Shown here in pieces: positions 18,793-28,264 of a DNA stretch of 64,000 nucleotides. The DNA is taken from positions 32,001 through 96,000 of the IMG/VR virus record IMGVR_UViG_3300022745_000021; one strand, 5' to 3'. The translations under genes were made by a program, and so were the position numbers. The notes beneath the pieces are model-generated. The model had not been told where the DNA came from. It saw only the letters and a list, made by a program, of their open reading frames with translations, and did no database searches. The first letter of the stretch is position 1; each line of letters begins with the position of its first letter. This DNA is from a virus.

Positions 18793-19088
18793 GCGTCATC
18801 CTCCGGTGTCTTGGCGCGCACCACCAGCAAAGCGTTGTTGGCGAACACATCGACGTATTCCAGCCACAGCCCTTGCTCGGCAAGGTAGACGTGATTGGCC
18901 TCCATCACCGCGCCCGGGAGCGTGAACGGGGTGACTTCCTCGGTCCACTTCTCGCCGACCACCATCAGCGCCGGGCGGGTGCCCTGTGACCCCTCCAACT
19001 TGCCGATCTGCACGTCCAGCGCCGGGCCGACGTTCTTGAGGGCGACGCGCGCTTTCTGTTCGGGGGTAAGCGGTAGCTTGGTAACCAT
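18789..19088 (-). CDS. Hypothetical protein
   Basis: GGAGA RBS; motif-C promoter at 19121-19145. Confidence 0.65.
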   Translation of the reverse strand: MVTKLPLTPEQKARVALKNVGPALDVQIGKLEGSQGTRPALMVVGEKWTEEVTPFTLPGAVMEANHVYLAEQGLWLEYVDVFANNALLVVRAKTPEDDA

Positions 19089-19182
19089 GGTGCGGGTATC
19101 TCCGTTGTCTGTCCCTGACCATACCACGCACGCGGTATTACGCAAGCGAAAAAGCGCGCCCTAGTTGCAACTGGTTGCAAAC

Positions 19183-19452
19183 TTACTCCCCACGCGCCAC
19201 GCTGGTGGCCTGCCCCGCCGCGAAGATGCCTTCCCAGAACCGCCACTGGTCATCGCTGCCGACAAGCTCGACCTCGGGGCCGTGCCCATGGGCCGCCCGC
19301 CACAGATCGCCGATCCAGCGGCGCACCTTGAGGCGTTCCGGCGGCAACGGGGTAGGGATCAGCAGTTGATCCAGCGGCAGGCCGGGGGTCGGCTTCGTGC
19401 GGGTGACGTCGGCAGCGCTGCCGCGCGGATGTTCATTGGTGGTAGCGGGCAT
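19183..19452 (-). CDS. Hypothetical protein
   Basis: GAGGAGACCC RBS. Confidence 0.6.
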   Translation of the reverse strand: MPATTNEHPRGSAADVTRTKPTPGLPLDQLLIPTPLPPERLKVRRWIGDLWRAAHGHGPEVELVGSDDQWRFWEGIFAAGQATSVARGE

Positions 19453-19537
19453 AGTTATGGGTCTCCTCGGATGTGGGACTACCTTAGCAGGGCGGGGCAG
19501 CCCTCGCCACCCCTGCCCTGCCCCGGTGTCGGTCGGA

Positions 19538-19942
19538 TCACGCCGCCTTGGCGAGCTTGGCGGCTGCCGTGGTGATGCAGCCAAAGCCGAGCAGCCGCAC
19601 CTCGGCGGTCGCGGCATCGACGACGACGTAGCGGTTGCTGGTGTGGCACACGACGTAGACGGTCCGGCCGACGGTGGTGCGCACCTTGCCCAGCACGGCC
19701 GAACGCGGCACGCCGTAGCGCTCGCAGGTATTCTGGATGGTTTCCTCGACCTTGGCCGCCATGTCCACCGGGGCCATCACCCCGTTGGGGTACGCCTTGT
19801 CGAACCTGGCGCGCAGCACGATCGGGTTGGCGTCGTAGTCGCGGGCCACCTCGGTGATGGACTGGTCGAGGTCCTTGCCGTTGCGGACGTCCATGGTGAC
19901 GTCGAGCAGCAGGTCGTTCCAGTTGATCGGGGTCTGGGTCAT
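19538..19942 (-). CDS. Early hypothetical protein
   Basis: First gene of a cassette. Confidence 0.75.
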   Translation of the reverse strand: MTQTPINWNDLLLDVTMDVRNGKDLDQSITEVARDYDANPIVLRARFDKAYPNGVMAPVDMAAKVEETIQNTCERYGVPRSAVLGKVRTTVGRTVYVVCHTSNRYVVVDAATAEVRLLGFGCITTAAAKLAKAA

Positions 19943-20045
19943 CGTTGGTCTCCTCGGTAATCGGTCTGGCCTGCCTGCCGTTCCGATGCCCCCTTGTACC
20001 ACGCTGGCGGTGCACGTCAACAGAAAAGTGCAACCGGGTTGCAAA

Positions 20046-20225
20046 TTATTCGTCGCCCCCGGGCGTCGCGGCGAGTGCAGCCTGCGCGTCCTCGAAGGTG
20101 TCAGCGTGGCCCAGCACGTCGAAGACATCCTTGCGGCGGTTGCCCGGGTTCGGCCGGTGCGTGCCATAGTCGTACCCGTCCGCGCCGTCGCGGCGATTGG
20201 TGGCGGTGATGAACGTGCGAAGCAT
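20046..20225 (-). CDS. Hypothetical protein
   Basis: GGGAG RBS; 59 aa. Confidence 0.55.
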   Translation of the reverse strand: MLRTFITATNRRDGADGYDYGTHRPNPGNRRKDVFDVLGHADTFEDAQAALAATPGGDE

Positions 20226-20256
20226 GGGGGTCACTCCCGTTGCAACTGGTTGCAGC

Positions 20257-20286
20257 AAAAAGGGGAGAGGATCGCTCCCCTCCCCC
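20257..20286 (-). terminator. Rho-independent terminator
   Basis: GGGGAGGGGA-GCGA-TCCTCTCCCC followed by TTTTT. Confidence 0.8.
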
Positions 20287-20302
20287 GGTTGGATCGGCTG
20301 GA

Positions 20303-20605
20303 TCAGGCGACGGCCAGCGCGTGGACCTGTTCTGCGGTCAGCGTGGGGGCCAGCTTCTTTTCCTCGCGGGCCAGCTTCACGAACGGCTGGAGGTACTTGT
20401 AGACGTTGTTCTTTGCCTTGAACTCGGACTTGGTCTTGCCGATCAGCGCCAGCACCTCGTCGCGCGTCATGTCAGCGGCGTCGAGCATCGCCAGCAGAAT
20501 GTCCCAGCCCCGGCCGTTGTCCTTGTAGGTCTCGGCGTGGGCGACGACGACGGCGAACAGGTCGGCGGCGGGGACGATCGCGGGAACAGTGGCTTCGATG
20601 GTCAT
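20303..20605 (-). CDS. Early hypothetical protein
   Basis: First gene of a cassette; strongly biased codons. Confidence 0.75.
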   Translation of the reverse strand: MTIEATVPAIVPAADLFAVVVAHAETYKDNGRGWDILLAMLDAADMTRDEVLALIGKTKSEFKAKNNVYKYLQPFVKLAREEKKLAPTLTAEQVHALAVA

Positions 20606-20778
20606 GGTAGGTCTCCTCTATCAGCGGGGCGGTGGCCTGCCTGCCAACCGCTCTTGATGTCTGATAGTACCACGCTGGCGGTACACGTCAACCGAAAAAA
20701 GCACGGGCGCACCAATTATTTTCCCGGGGTCCGAAATTCAGGCGCGCGACGGCATGTCAGTTTTTCGCACCACACTGG

Positions 20779-20833
20779 CGGTATGATGCAGCCACGTCCA
20801 CGGTATGGGTGGGCGGTATGGGTCACGGTATGG
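20779..20833. repeat. Four CGGTATG direct repeats (motif-C half-sites)
   Basis: Copies at about 20779, 20801, 20814 and 20826 in a non-coding gap. Confidence 0.7.
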
Positions 20834-20859
20834 GCGTAGTTGCAACCGGGTTGCAATAC

Positions 20860-21213
20860 CTACCCTAGGTCGATCACCCGACGCATACGGGTGTCACGGG
20901 TGTGCACCCTCGGTCCACGTTCCCACTCATCCCGTCGGCAGTTCCACAGCAACTCGTCATTGCCGTCTGGTCGCTTGACTGCGACAGCGAAGCGATAGTG
21001 GTTCAGTGCGTATACGGTCCCCTGCACAAGGTGCGAGTTGGTTGACAGGATGCGTCCCGGCCTCTCCGGGTGTGGGTAGTCCGCGAAGTACCCGCATATC
21101 ACGGGTACACGGCTATGGACGATCTCTCCGTCCTTGAAGGGGTGGGTGTTCTCCGCGCCCTCCTGCTGTGGATCGTCTCCCGCGCGTTCGGTGAAGTCGA
21201 GTTGCCGTGCCAT
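20860..21213 (-). CDS. Hypothetical protein
   Basis: 117-aa ORF; C-terminus RMRRVIDLG. Confidence 0.6.
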   Translation of the reverse strand: MARQLDFTERAGDDPQQEGAENTHPFKDGEIVHSRVPVICGYFADYPHPERPGRILSTNSHLVQGTVYALNHYRFAVAVKRPDGNDELLWNCRRDEWERGPRVHTRDTRMRRVIDLG

Positions 21214-21214
21214 G

Positions 21215-21421
21215 TCAGTCCGTATCCAGCTTCCGTCTGATCCTGCGTCCTATGGTGTTACGTGTGCTCGGTGTCCTCTGCGCCTCACTGGTTTGGCTTT
21301 CCCCCGCGCCCTGCACGTCGTTGGTCACTGCGTCAGCTTCCCCGCGCGTTTGTCGGCCCGCATGATCCCGGTAGGCGATCACGACGTTCAGCAGCGCGTT
21401 GAGCAGTCGGAATACCATCAT
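21215..21421 (-). CDS. Hypothetical protein
   Basis: GGGAGA RBS; 68 aa. Confidence 0.5.
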   Translation of the reverse strand: MMVFRLLNALLNVVIAYRDHAGRQTRGEADAVTNDVQGAGESQTSEAQRTPSTRNTIGRRIRRKLDTD

Positions 21422-21439
21422 GGGTGATCTCCCCGCGCG

Positions 21440-21955
21440 TCAGTCAAGGTCGATGATCCTCTTGGTGCGCTTGCGGGTGTTCTCCCGCGCGTTGCGTTCG
21501 GTCTCGATCTCCGCTTTGGTCTCTCCCCGGCGCCGTTCGTAGGCGAGCAGCATCGTGCGCAAGTGCAGGTCTGCCTTCGGCCCCAGCGTCACGTGCACGT
21601 CCAGCGTCATCATGTCGCGCTCGGTTGCGATCAGTCCCTGCGCCTCTGCGTTGCGGATGGCCCACGCGCTGTCGCGGTCACGATCGGTCATACCAAACGC
21701 CACCACCACCTTGCCGTCGAGGTAGGCGTCCAGTAGGAGGTCGGCGATGTCTATCCTGTCGCGTGATCTCCCCGGTCGGCGTTCCTCGCGCAGTTGCTTG
21801 GCGGCTGCCAGCAGGCGGTGGCCTAGCTCGTTCTCCTCGCGCTGCATTGCAGCCAGTTGCAACATTTGGTCATCGGACAAGCTCGTGGAGGGCACGCCCA
21901 ACGCGGCCAACCGGTCCAGTTCTGCGCGTAGGCGGCTGCGGCCTTCGGGCGACAT
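21440..21955 (-). CDS. Hypothetical protein
   Basis: TGATG coupling; C-terminus KRIIDLD. Confidence 0.6.
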   Translation of the reverse strand: MSPEGRSRLRAELDRLAALGVPSTSLSDDQMLQLAAMQREENELGHRLLAAAKQLREERRPGRSRDRIDIADLLLDAYLDGKVVVAFGMTDRDRDSAWAIRNAEAQGLIATERDMMTLDVHVTLGPKADLHLRTMLLAYERRRGETKAEIETERNARENTRKRTKRIIDLD

Positions 21956-22161
21956 CAGTCTTCGTCCTCGTCTTCGGCGTTCCCCGCGCCCGGCGACACG
22001 ACGGTGCAGGTGTAAACCGGCACGCGCTCGATCGTGCATTCCAGCGCGACGCCGCAACCCTCGCACACGGTCACGCTCTTGTGGTGGTCGTGGTAGCATT
22101 CCGGGCACGTGTACCGGTTGTCCCACGGGGTGTTGGTGAGTTGGTCTCCGACTGCCATCAT
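21955..22161 (-). CDS. Small zinc-ribbon protein
   Basis: CPEC...CEGC. Confidence 0.6.
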   Translation of the reverse strand: MMAVGDQLTNTPWDNRYTCPECYHDHHKSVTVCEGCGVALECTIERVPVYTCTVVSPGAGNAEDEDED

Positions 22162-22472
22162 GCGTCTCCCTGCGCGGGCAGATAGTGCCGCCTGCGCATT
22201 TCCCTGCCGTACTCGATACCGGTGGCGATCCACCACGACGCCGGCATGTCGCCAAGGTAGGGGATCATTTCACTGCGGTCGTCGCTGACCCACGTGTCCC
22301 CCGCGCCCGGCTTGAGGCTGGTCGGGCGGTACTGGTTCGCCTTGCGCTCGGCAGCGTCGGTGGGGAAAAGGCCGTTGTCGAACGAGTAGTAGTGGTAGCC
22401 CTCCCCGCGCACCAGTTCGACGCACGGCTCCACGCGCTGGATGCGCTCGTTGATCTGTTTCAGCGTCGCCAT
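22158..22472 (-). CDS. Hypothetical protein
   Basis: GGAGG RBS. Confidence 0.65.
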   Translation of the reverse strand: MATLKQINERIQRVEPCVELVRGEGYHYYSFDNGLFPTDAAERKANQYRPTSLKPGAGDTWVSDDRSEMIPYLGDMPASWWIATGIEYGREMRRRHYLPAQGDA

Positions 22473-22475
22473 GCG

Positions 22476-22769
22476 TCAGCCCTCCGTTACGCGGTAGCTG
22501 GCAATACCCTCGCGATCGGAGCGCGTCGAGTAGACCAGCATGAAGCGGTCGTTCGGGTCTTCGGCCGATGCGGCGACGCCGTTGGCGTAATCGCCGATCT
22601 TCATGGCCTGCCCCGCGTTCGCCGCGCGGATCGACAGGTAGACCTCACCCATCACGGGGATGAACGCAACCTCGGGCTGGTCGGCGCCGACGAAAGCAGC
22701 GGCATCGTTGATCGCACGCTGCACGACGGTCATCACCCGGGCGGCACGGAAAAGGCTTTCGGTCTGCAT
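22476..22769 (-). CDS. Early hypothetical protein
   Basis: First gene of a cassette. Confidence 0.7.
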   Translation of the reverse strand: MQTESLFRAARVMTVVQRAINDAAAFVGADQPEVAFIPVMGEVYLSIRAANAGQAMKIGDYANGVAASAEDPNDRFMLVYSTRSDREGIASYRVTEG

Positions 22770-22890
22770 CGTTGGTCTCCTCGGTCCCGGTCGGCCTGCC
22801 TGCCTGCCCGGTGAAATCACCTTAGAACATGTGGGTTGCAACGCAAGCGAAATCTGCCGGCGTTGCAACCCGGTTGCAAATTGTTGCCCG

Positions 22891-23100
22891 TCACGCGTGG
22901 GCGTGTGACCAGCGGTAGCTGGCCTCCAACCCGGACGGCTTGCCCTCGATCATCCAGCGCCCGTCGGTGTCGGGGTGCAGGCGGTCGTTGGCCTGTGCCA
23001 TGGCGCGCAAGCTGTTCGGCGCTTCCACCTCGCAGGACCGGGTTGCCCCCGCGCCCTGCGGCTGGAACGTGAAACGGTAGCGCTTGGTGGTCCCGTTCAT
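22891..23100 (-). CDS. Hypothetical protein
   Basis: GGAGG RBS; ATGA overlap. Confidence 0.6.
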   Translation of the reverse strand: MNGTTKRYRFTFQPQGAGATRSCEVEAPNSLRAMAQANDRLHPDTDGRWMIEGKPSGLEASYRWSHAHA

Positions 23101-23606
23101 GCCACCGCCTCCAGACCTTCGCGGCTGGCGAACCACGCCGGGACCGTAGCACGGGCGACGGCGTCATCCTCGGGCCAGCCCTCGACGAACGAGATCAGCG
23201 AGCGCGGCACCCAAACGCGCTTCCCGTAGCGAGCGCGCTGCGGCAGCACGTCCACGAACAGCGCCTTGGCGCTTTCCTTCTGGATCGCCACCTCGACCAC
23301 CACCGGCGCCGGGTCCTCGCGCTCGGGCTTGGCCGGGGCCGCCTCGGCGCGCACGGCATCAACCGTGAAGTCGTCCAGCTTGGCGGCGGCCTGCTTGCGG
23401 TACTTGACCGCGAGCTTCTGCGCGGCGGCGAACTGGCGATCGGACCAGCCGAAGCGCTGACCCTTCTCGATCAGATCGCGGGCGAAGCCGGCGTCGTAGC
23501 CGGAAAAGCCCTTGCCGTCGTCGGAGCGCGCGCCGTCGCAGTCGCCGCGAACGGCCAGCAGCGCGCGGAACGTGAGGGTGTCGGTCAGGGTGATCGTGGT
23601 GCTCAT
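23097..23606 (-). CDS. Early phage protein with a CDGA..DG.GF domain
   Basis: CDGARSDDGKGFSGYD...Q...KYRKQ; first gene of a cassette. Confidence 0.75.
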   Translation of the reverse strand: MSTTITLTDTLTFRALLAVRGDCDGARSDDGKGFSGYDAGFARDLIEKGQRFGWSDRQFAAAQKLAVKYRKQAAAKLDDFTVDAVRAEAAPAKPEREDPAPVVVEVAIQKESAKALFVDVLPQRARYGKRVWVPRSLISFVEGWPEDDAVARATVPAWFASREGLEAVA

Positions 23607-23720
23607 GGTCGGTCTCCTCGGGTGGTCGGGCCTGCCTGCCCGGCCGATGTCTCTACGTACCATGCGGGCGGTACATGTCAAGCGTGATCGACGAGAAAAG
23701 TGCAACCGGGTTGCAAAATG

Positions 23721-23936
23721 TTAGGCCCTGCCCTCCTGCATGGCGCGCACCACGTCGAGCTTGCCGTAGTGCGCCAGCGCCAGTCGCGCCGTGTGGCTGG
23801 TAGCCCTGCCGTGGATCGGTTCGCGGCCATTGACCCACGGGCCATCGGGAAGCAGCCGCACGCGGTAGGAGAACATCCCCCGTCCGCGCATCGGCGTCGT
23901 CTCGAACTCCATGCCGTTGACGGCGATGCGGGCCAT
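23721..23936 (-). CDS. Hypothetical protein
   Basis: GGGAG RBS. Confidence 0.6.
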   Translation of the reverse strand: MARIAVNGMEFETTPMRGRGMFSYRVRLLPDGPWVNGREPIHGRATSHTARLALAHYGKLDVVRAMQEGRA

Positions 23937-23939
23937 GGA

Positions 23940-24392
23940 TCAGGCTCCCCCGTGATCGCAGCCGGGGCGCAGGTTGCCGTCATCGTCGTAGTCGGGATCA
24001 TCGTCCCCGTCGTCATCCTCGTCGCCGAGCACGCGGGTCGGAAAGTCCGGCTGGCCGGGCACCTCGATCTCGACCAGTTCGCAGGCGGCGGTGACGGCCG
24101 ACATCATGGCGTCGTCTTCCCCGTCGAGGGCGTCCTCCCATGCCGGCGTGTTCGTCGCCTCGTCGATCAGGTCGATGACGACGCTGCGGACGCGCTCGGG
24201 GATGGCCCCCGGCCCGCCGTCCAGCACGCGCTGCCCGTAGGCGATGGCATCATGGATCGCGGTCACCGCTTCCTCGCACTCGGGCGCGTCGGTGTAGTAG
24301 TCCCCGGTCGCCTTGGCGATCAGGTTTTCGAGTGCGTCACGCAGCTTGAGGTTCTCCTCGGCGAGGTCGGGCTGGGTGTTGGTGTCGGTCAT
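23940..24392 (-). CDS. Acidic hypothetical protein
   Basis: GGAGG RBS; Asp-rich tail. Confidence 0.7.
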   Translation of the reverse strand: MTDTNTQPDLAEENLKLRDALENLIAKATGDYYTDAPECEEAVTAIHDAIAYGQRVLDGGPGAIPERVRSVVIDLIDEATNTPAWEDALDGEDDAMMSAVTAACELVEIEVPGQPDFPTRVLGDEDDDGDDDPDYDDDGNLRPGCDHGGA

Positions 24393-24396
24393 GGTC

Positions 24397-24816
24397 TTAC
24401 GCCTCCACGTAGTCGGCTTCAAAGCCGGTGGTCAGGTTGATGCGGGCGGGGAGCTTGTAGTGGTCACGCGCCTTGGTCGTGATCCAGAAGCGGTTGCAGG
24501 TCTTGTAGGGGTTGTAGGTGTGGTCCTTGACCACGTAGCCCATCTGAACGAGCGCGTTGAACGCCAGCTGGCCCATTTCCTCCAGCGTCTCGATCGTGTC
24601 GATCACGCGCTTGGTGAGGAGGAACGTGCGGACCTCGTCGTACATCGGGCGCGACTGGCGCACGCGGCGGCCCTTGGCGTCGATCTCGTAGGTTTCCTCG
24701 GCCGGCTGGCTGATCGCCTTGGCGAGGATGGCGGTCGCCTTGCGGTTGGCGTCGCGCTCACGGGCGGCGGCGCGGTTGGCGAGCACACGGGCGGAAACGG
24801 TCGTCTCGAAGGTCAT
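24397..24816 (-). CDS. Early hypothetical protein
   Basis: First gene of a cassette. Confidence 0.75.
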   Translation of the reverse strand: MTFETTVSARVLANRAAARERDANRKATAILAKAISQPAEETYEIDAKGRRVRQSRPMYDEVRTFLLTKRVIDTIETLEEMGQLAFNALVQMGYVVKDHTYNPYKTCNRFWITTKARDHYKLPARINLTTGFEADYVEA

Positions 24817-24941
24817 CGTCGGTCTCCTCGTTGGGGTGGGCCTGCCTGCCCGTCCCCGTTGATGTCCCTACGTACCATGCTGGCGGTACACGTCAAGCAA
24901 AAAAGTGAGTGGGCGGGGATTTTTTCGCCCACTCGTGTTGG

Positions 24942-25388
24942 TCAGGCCGCCTTGCGGGTGTCGGTGGTGGCGGACAGGTTCTCGCCGTAGTGGTCGTCCA
25001 CGGCATCGCGGACCGCCTGCACCTCGCGCTCGGTCGGCGCGCGGGAGAACATGAACTCAAGGTCCAGTTCCATCCCCTGCCAGTCGAGGATCAGGTTGTT
25101 GGTGCCCGAGCCGTCGCCCTCGTGGTCGTAGTAGATTTCCGCGTTGCGCGTGGGATCATGCGCGTCGATCAGCGCGAACGTCCGGTTGCCCAGTTCGACC
25201 AGCGCGTGGTCGGCCGGCTCCCAGACCTTGACGACGGTGGCGTGCAGCGGGGCCAGCACCACGTCGCGCTTGAACATGGCGCGGCCGATCGGACCGGACA
25301 TCAGTTCGGTCACCGATGCGTAGAGCGAGCGGGTCGCGGCGTTGCGGGCGCGGTTCTCGGCGATAGCGGCTTGGACGTCGTAAGTCAT
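24942..25388 (-). CDS. Early hypothetical protein
   Basis: First gene of a cassette. Confidence 0.75.
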   Translation of the reverse strand: MTYDVQAAIAENRARNAATRSLYASVTELMSGPIGRAMFKRDVVLAPLHATVVKVWEPADHALVELGNRTFALIDAHDPTRNAEIYYDHEGDGSGTNNLILDWQGMELDLEFMFSRAPTEREVQAVRDAVDDHYGENLSATTDTRKAA

Positions 25389-25487
25389 GGTCGGTCTCCT
25401 CGGTTGCAGGGCCTGCCTGCCCTGCCCCATCACCATACCGTTATGGCGGTACGATGCAAGCGAAAAGTACAGCCCGTTGCAAACCGA

Positions 25488-25745
25488 TCAGAGCGCGAGC
25501 GGCATCACCCGGTTGGTCGGCTCATAGGTGCCAGTCCGGTCCAGCGCCGTGATCCCGCCCAGCCTGATCTTGTCCGCCGCGTCACGCCACTCGAACGGCA
25601 CGGCCGACAAGGGCAGGCGCCGGCCATCCTCGATCAGCAGCAGTTCGCCGCGCATGTGCAGCGCGCGCACGAACACATCGGCGGGCACGCAGACTTCGGC
25701 GATCTCGTCGAGGTTCATGCGAGAGAACGTAGGGGTGCGTGTCAT
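25488..25745 (-). CDS. Hypothetical protein
   Basis: ATGA overlap. Confidence 0.6.
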   Translation of the reverse strand: MTRTPTFSRMNLDEIAEVCVPADVFVRALHMRGELLLIEDGRRLPLSAVPFEWRDAADKIRLGGITALDRTGTYEPTNRVMPLAL

Positions 25746-25993
25746 AAGGCTTCGTCTCCATGGCGCGGCTCGGACCAGTCCTCGAACCGGCCGTACTCGA
25801 ACGTGTCGCGTGCCACCTTGCCGATGTCGTCCTTGCGCGCGATGGCGATGCACTGGCTCGGGTAGCGTTCGGGTTCGGGGAGCGACGACGCCGCCGCCCA
25901 CCCGTGTTGCGTCCCGACGACGTGGTAATCGCCGGTGTCCAAGTCAATGACCAGCTTGGCGTAAATCGGCGCATCGAGCACAAGCGCGGTCAC
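25742..25993 (-). CDS. Hypothetical protein
   Basis: GTGA overlap. Confidence 0.6.
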   Translation of the reverse strand: MTALVLDAPIYAKLVIDLDTGDYHVVGTQHGWAAASSLPEPERYPSQCIAIARKDDIGKVARDTFEYGRFEDWSEPRHGDEAL

Positions 25994-26208
25994 GGGGTGT
26001 TCCCCAGCCGGGCCACCCGGCTCGTCCCTGCAACGCGTTGCACCCGGGTGCGCGGGCGTTCGGTCAGGAACACCGCGTCGCACTTGCGCACGTCCCCCGG
26101 GCCGGGGCCGAACCGGACCGTCGTCCAGCCGCCCTTGACCCGGGGGGAGACCACGACGCCATCGCCGTACTGGCTGTGCGTCACGCGCTTTCCATAGGAG
26201 AGCTTCAC
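25990..26208 (-). CDS. Small SH3-like (DUF3553-like) protein
   Basis: G.RVTHSQYGDGVVV...TVRF pattern. Confidence 0.55.
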   Translation of the reverse strand: MKLSYGKRVTHSQYGDGVVVSPRVKGGWTTVRFGPGPGDVRKCDAVFLTERPRTRVQRVAGTSRVARLGNTP

Positions 26209-26212
26209 GTGT

Positions 26213-26854
26213 TCAGCCCTCCCGAAGCGGGTCGTTGGGTTTCAGGATCGCGGCCTTGGCGTCATACGCGTCGGGGTTGGCCTCAAAGTCGTCGCCGGTC
26301 TCGAACTCGGGGATCACGTTGCGCGGATCGGACCAGCTGTGGTCGGTCCCGGTCACCCGGCCCCGGTCGCTGTCGCGGTTGTAGCGCCAGCCGCCCGCGT
26401 CCGTCACGGGGTCGTCGAAGCGTGCGCTCTCGTAGTGTGGATGGTCGTGAAGTTCGAGGCAGGTGACTTCCTTGCCCCCCTGCGTCCTATACGTGTTCCC
26501 CACGACAAAAGGCTTGGTCACACGCTGGAAGTGACGGTGCACCGGCGTAGGCGTAGCGGGGGCGGCTGCCTCGGTCGAGGCGGGGGCCTCGAACAGCCCG
26601 GGCCAGAACGTCTTCGGGTCGATCCACATTTCCTCGCGGGACAGGTTCTCGTGTTCCTCGATCGCCTCGATCACGTCTTCGATCACGGTGTCCGCGTCCA
26701 GCGCCGGGTTCTCGTCTTCGTCGGCGTGCGCCTCGTTGTAGTAGGCGATCAGTTCGCCGCGCAGGTGCTCCTCGTCCGGGTGGATCGAGAAGCGCGGACC
26801 AGACGACGTTTCGATGTGGCAGACGATCAGCTTGGGGGTGTTGTTATCGGTCAT
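26213..26854 (-). CDS. Hypothetical protein
   Basis: GGAGG RBS. Confidence 0.7.
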   Translation of the reverse strand: MTDNNTPKLIVCHIETSSGPRFSIHPDEEHLRGELIAYYNEAHADEDENPALDADTVIEDVIEAIEEHENLSREEMWIDPKTFWPGLFEAPASTEAAAPATPTPVHRHFQRVTKPFVVGNTYRTQGGKEVTCLELHDHPHYESARFDDPVTDAGGWRYNRDSDRGRVTGTDHSWSDPRNVIPEFETGDDFEANPDAYDAKAAILKPNDPLREG

Positions 26855-26858
26855 GGGA

Positions 26859-27479
26859 TCAATCCTCCAGTGCAGTGACGTGAACGCTCGCGCTCTCGTC
26901 GTCGTTGACGGTAAATTCGGTAACCAGCGGCTGGCCGTAGTCACTGCCGGACAGGCACTCGTTGGCTTCGCGGACACGCTCGGCCAGCTGCCGGCCGATC
27001 TCGGCGGCGTGGTCTTCATCGCGTGCCCCACGCACGATCAGGTTGAGCGTCATGTCAACCGACACCGTGAAGTCGCCGGACGCGGGGTCCGGGTCAACGT
27101 CGGTGACCAGTCGGGAGAGCTTGAAAACGCCCATGCAGCGCTTACCCATCAGGGTCGGCGTGCCGTTGAGCGGCGGATAGATGACGGTGTCGGTGTCCTC
27201 GGTCAGAAACTTGCCATGGCGGCGACGGATCGAGCGCACGCGGTAGCGCGGGCAGCCCTCCAGCACGTCCTCACCGATGGCCTCGACGGTGCCGTCAACC
27301 CACGCGGCGTACTCGCCGGTGCGGGTGGTGCCGCCGATCTTGCCGTTCGGCATAACGCCCATAGCGAAGTCGAAGCAACGCACGGTGTCGCCCACGGCGA
27401 TCGGCTGGTCGAGCATGTCCTTGTCGGCCGACAGGTCGGACAGGGGGATGGCGGGGGTGATCTCGGTGAAGGTGGTCAC
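26859..27479 (-). CDS. Early hypothetical protein
   Basis: First gene of a cassette; GTG start. Confidence 0.75.
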   Translation of the reverse strand: MTTFTEITPAIPLSDLSADKDMLDQPIAVGDTVRCFDFAMGVMPNGKIGGTTRTGEYAAWVDGTVEAIGEDVLEGCPRYRVRSIRRRHGKFLTEDTDTVIYPPLNGTPTLMGKRCMGVFKLSRLVTDVDPDPASGDFTVSVDMTLNLIVRGARDEDHAAEIGRQLAERVREANECLSGSDYGQPLVTEFTVNDDESASVHVTALED

Positions 27480-27545
27480 GGTCTTGGTCTCCTCGGGCGG
27501 CCTGCCTGCCGCCGATGTCTCTACATACCATGCAGGGGGTACGTG

Positions 27546-27803
27546 TCAAGCGTCAAGTGCAGCCGGTTGCAACTTGGCGAACACTTTTCCGCGCTTGCGG
27601 GGGCGGACCGTGAAGCCCTCCCCCGTGCGGTGCGATCCGCGCTGCGCCAGTTCGGGCACCGGCTGGAGCGGTGCCCAGCCCCAGCCGTGCCGGTCCTCGG
27701 CCAGTCGGAACGCGTGGCCGATCCGGGCCTCCGCGCCGTAGCACAGCCGGGCGTTGTCGAGCGCAGCCGCACGTGAGGCGAACCGGGCGGCGGTCAGGGT
27801 CAC
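27546..27803 (-). CDS. Hypothetical protein
   Basis: GTGA overlap with the upstream gene. Confidence 0.45.
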   Translation of the reverse strand: MTLTAARFASRAAALDNARLCYGAEARIGHAFRLAEDRHGWGWAPLQPVPELAQRGSHRTGEGFTVRPRKRGKVFAKLQPAALDA

Positions 27804-28180
27804 CAGTCGCGGCCCCGGTCGCGGCATTCGGCCTCACGGCCGGGGATGCGAGCACGTTCGCGCGGGTCGCAGTAATCGAGCGGGCGCGGGCCGAAGATCG
27901 TCCGGTGCAACGGGTGCAGCGGATGTGTGATCGGCATCGCCGGGTGCACCGCGACCGGTGCCGGACGAGCAGGGGCCGCACGCACGATCACCGGCGCCGG
28001 GCGGGTGATGACGACAGGACGGGAGACGACCGGCGCGGAGACGTGCGGCGTCGCGACGTGTGGCGCAGATATGTGCGGTGCGGAAAAATGCGGCACCGAC
28101 ACGTGCGCGGTGAAGCTGGCGTGAGCGGCAGTGCCGGTCAGTGCCAAGGCGGCGGTCAGGAGGGCGAGGCATTGGCGCAT
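27800..28180 (-). CDS. Exported Pro/His-rich repeat protein
   Basis: Signal peptide (...GTAAHA) followed by PHFSAPHISAPHVATPHVSAP. Confidence 0.65.
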   Translation of the reverse strand: MRQCLALLTAALALTGTAAHASFTAHVSVPHFSAPHISAPHVATPHVSAPVVSRPVVITRPAPVIVRAAPARPAPVAVHPAMPITHPLHPLHRTIFGPRPLDYCDPRERARIPGREAECRDRGRDW

Positions 28181-28264
28181 TGAATGGGTCTCCTAGCAAC
28201 ACGTGTAGGTGTACGAAAACAGGGGAGCCGTGTCAAGCTCACCTGCCCGTCTGGTGGCGCTGGA

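Noticed and set aside
20667-20784. Similarity of TACCAC..CTGGCGGT to lambda OL1/OR1 operators
   Set aside because: Symmetry and spacing differ, the N8 varies among copies, and no cI/cro gene is in the window; probably coincidental.
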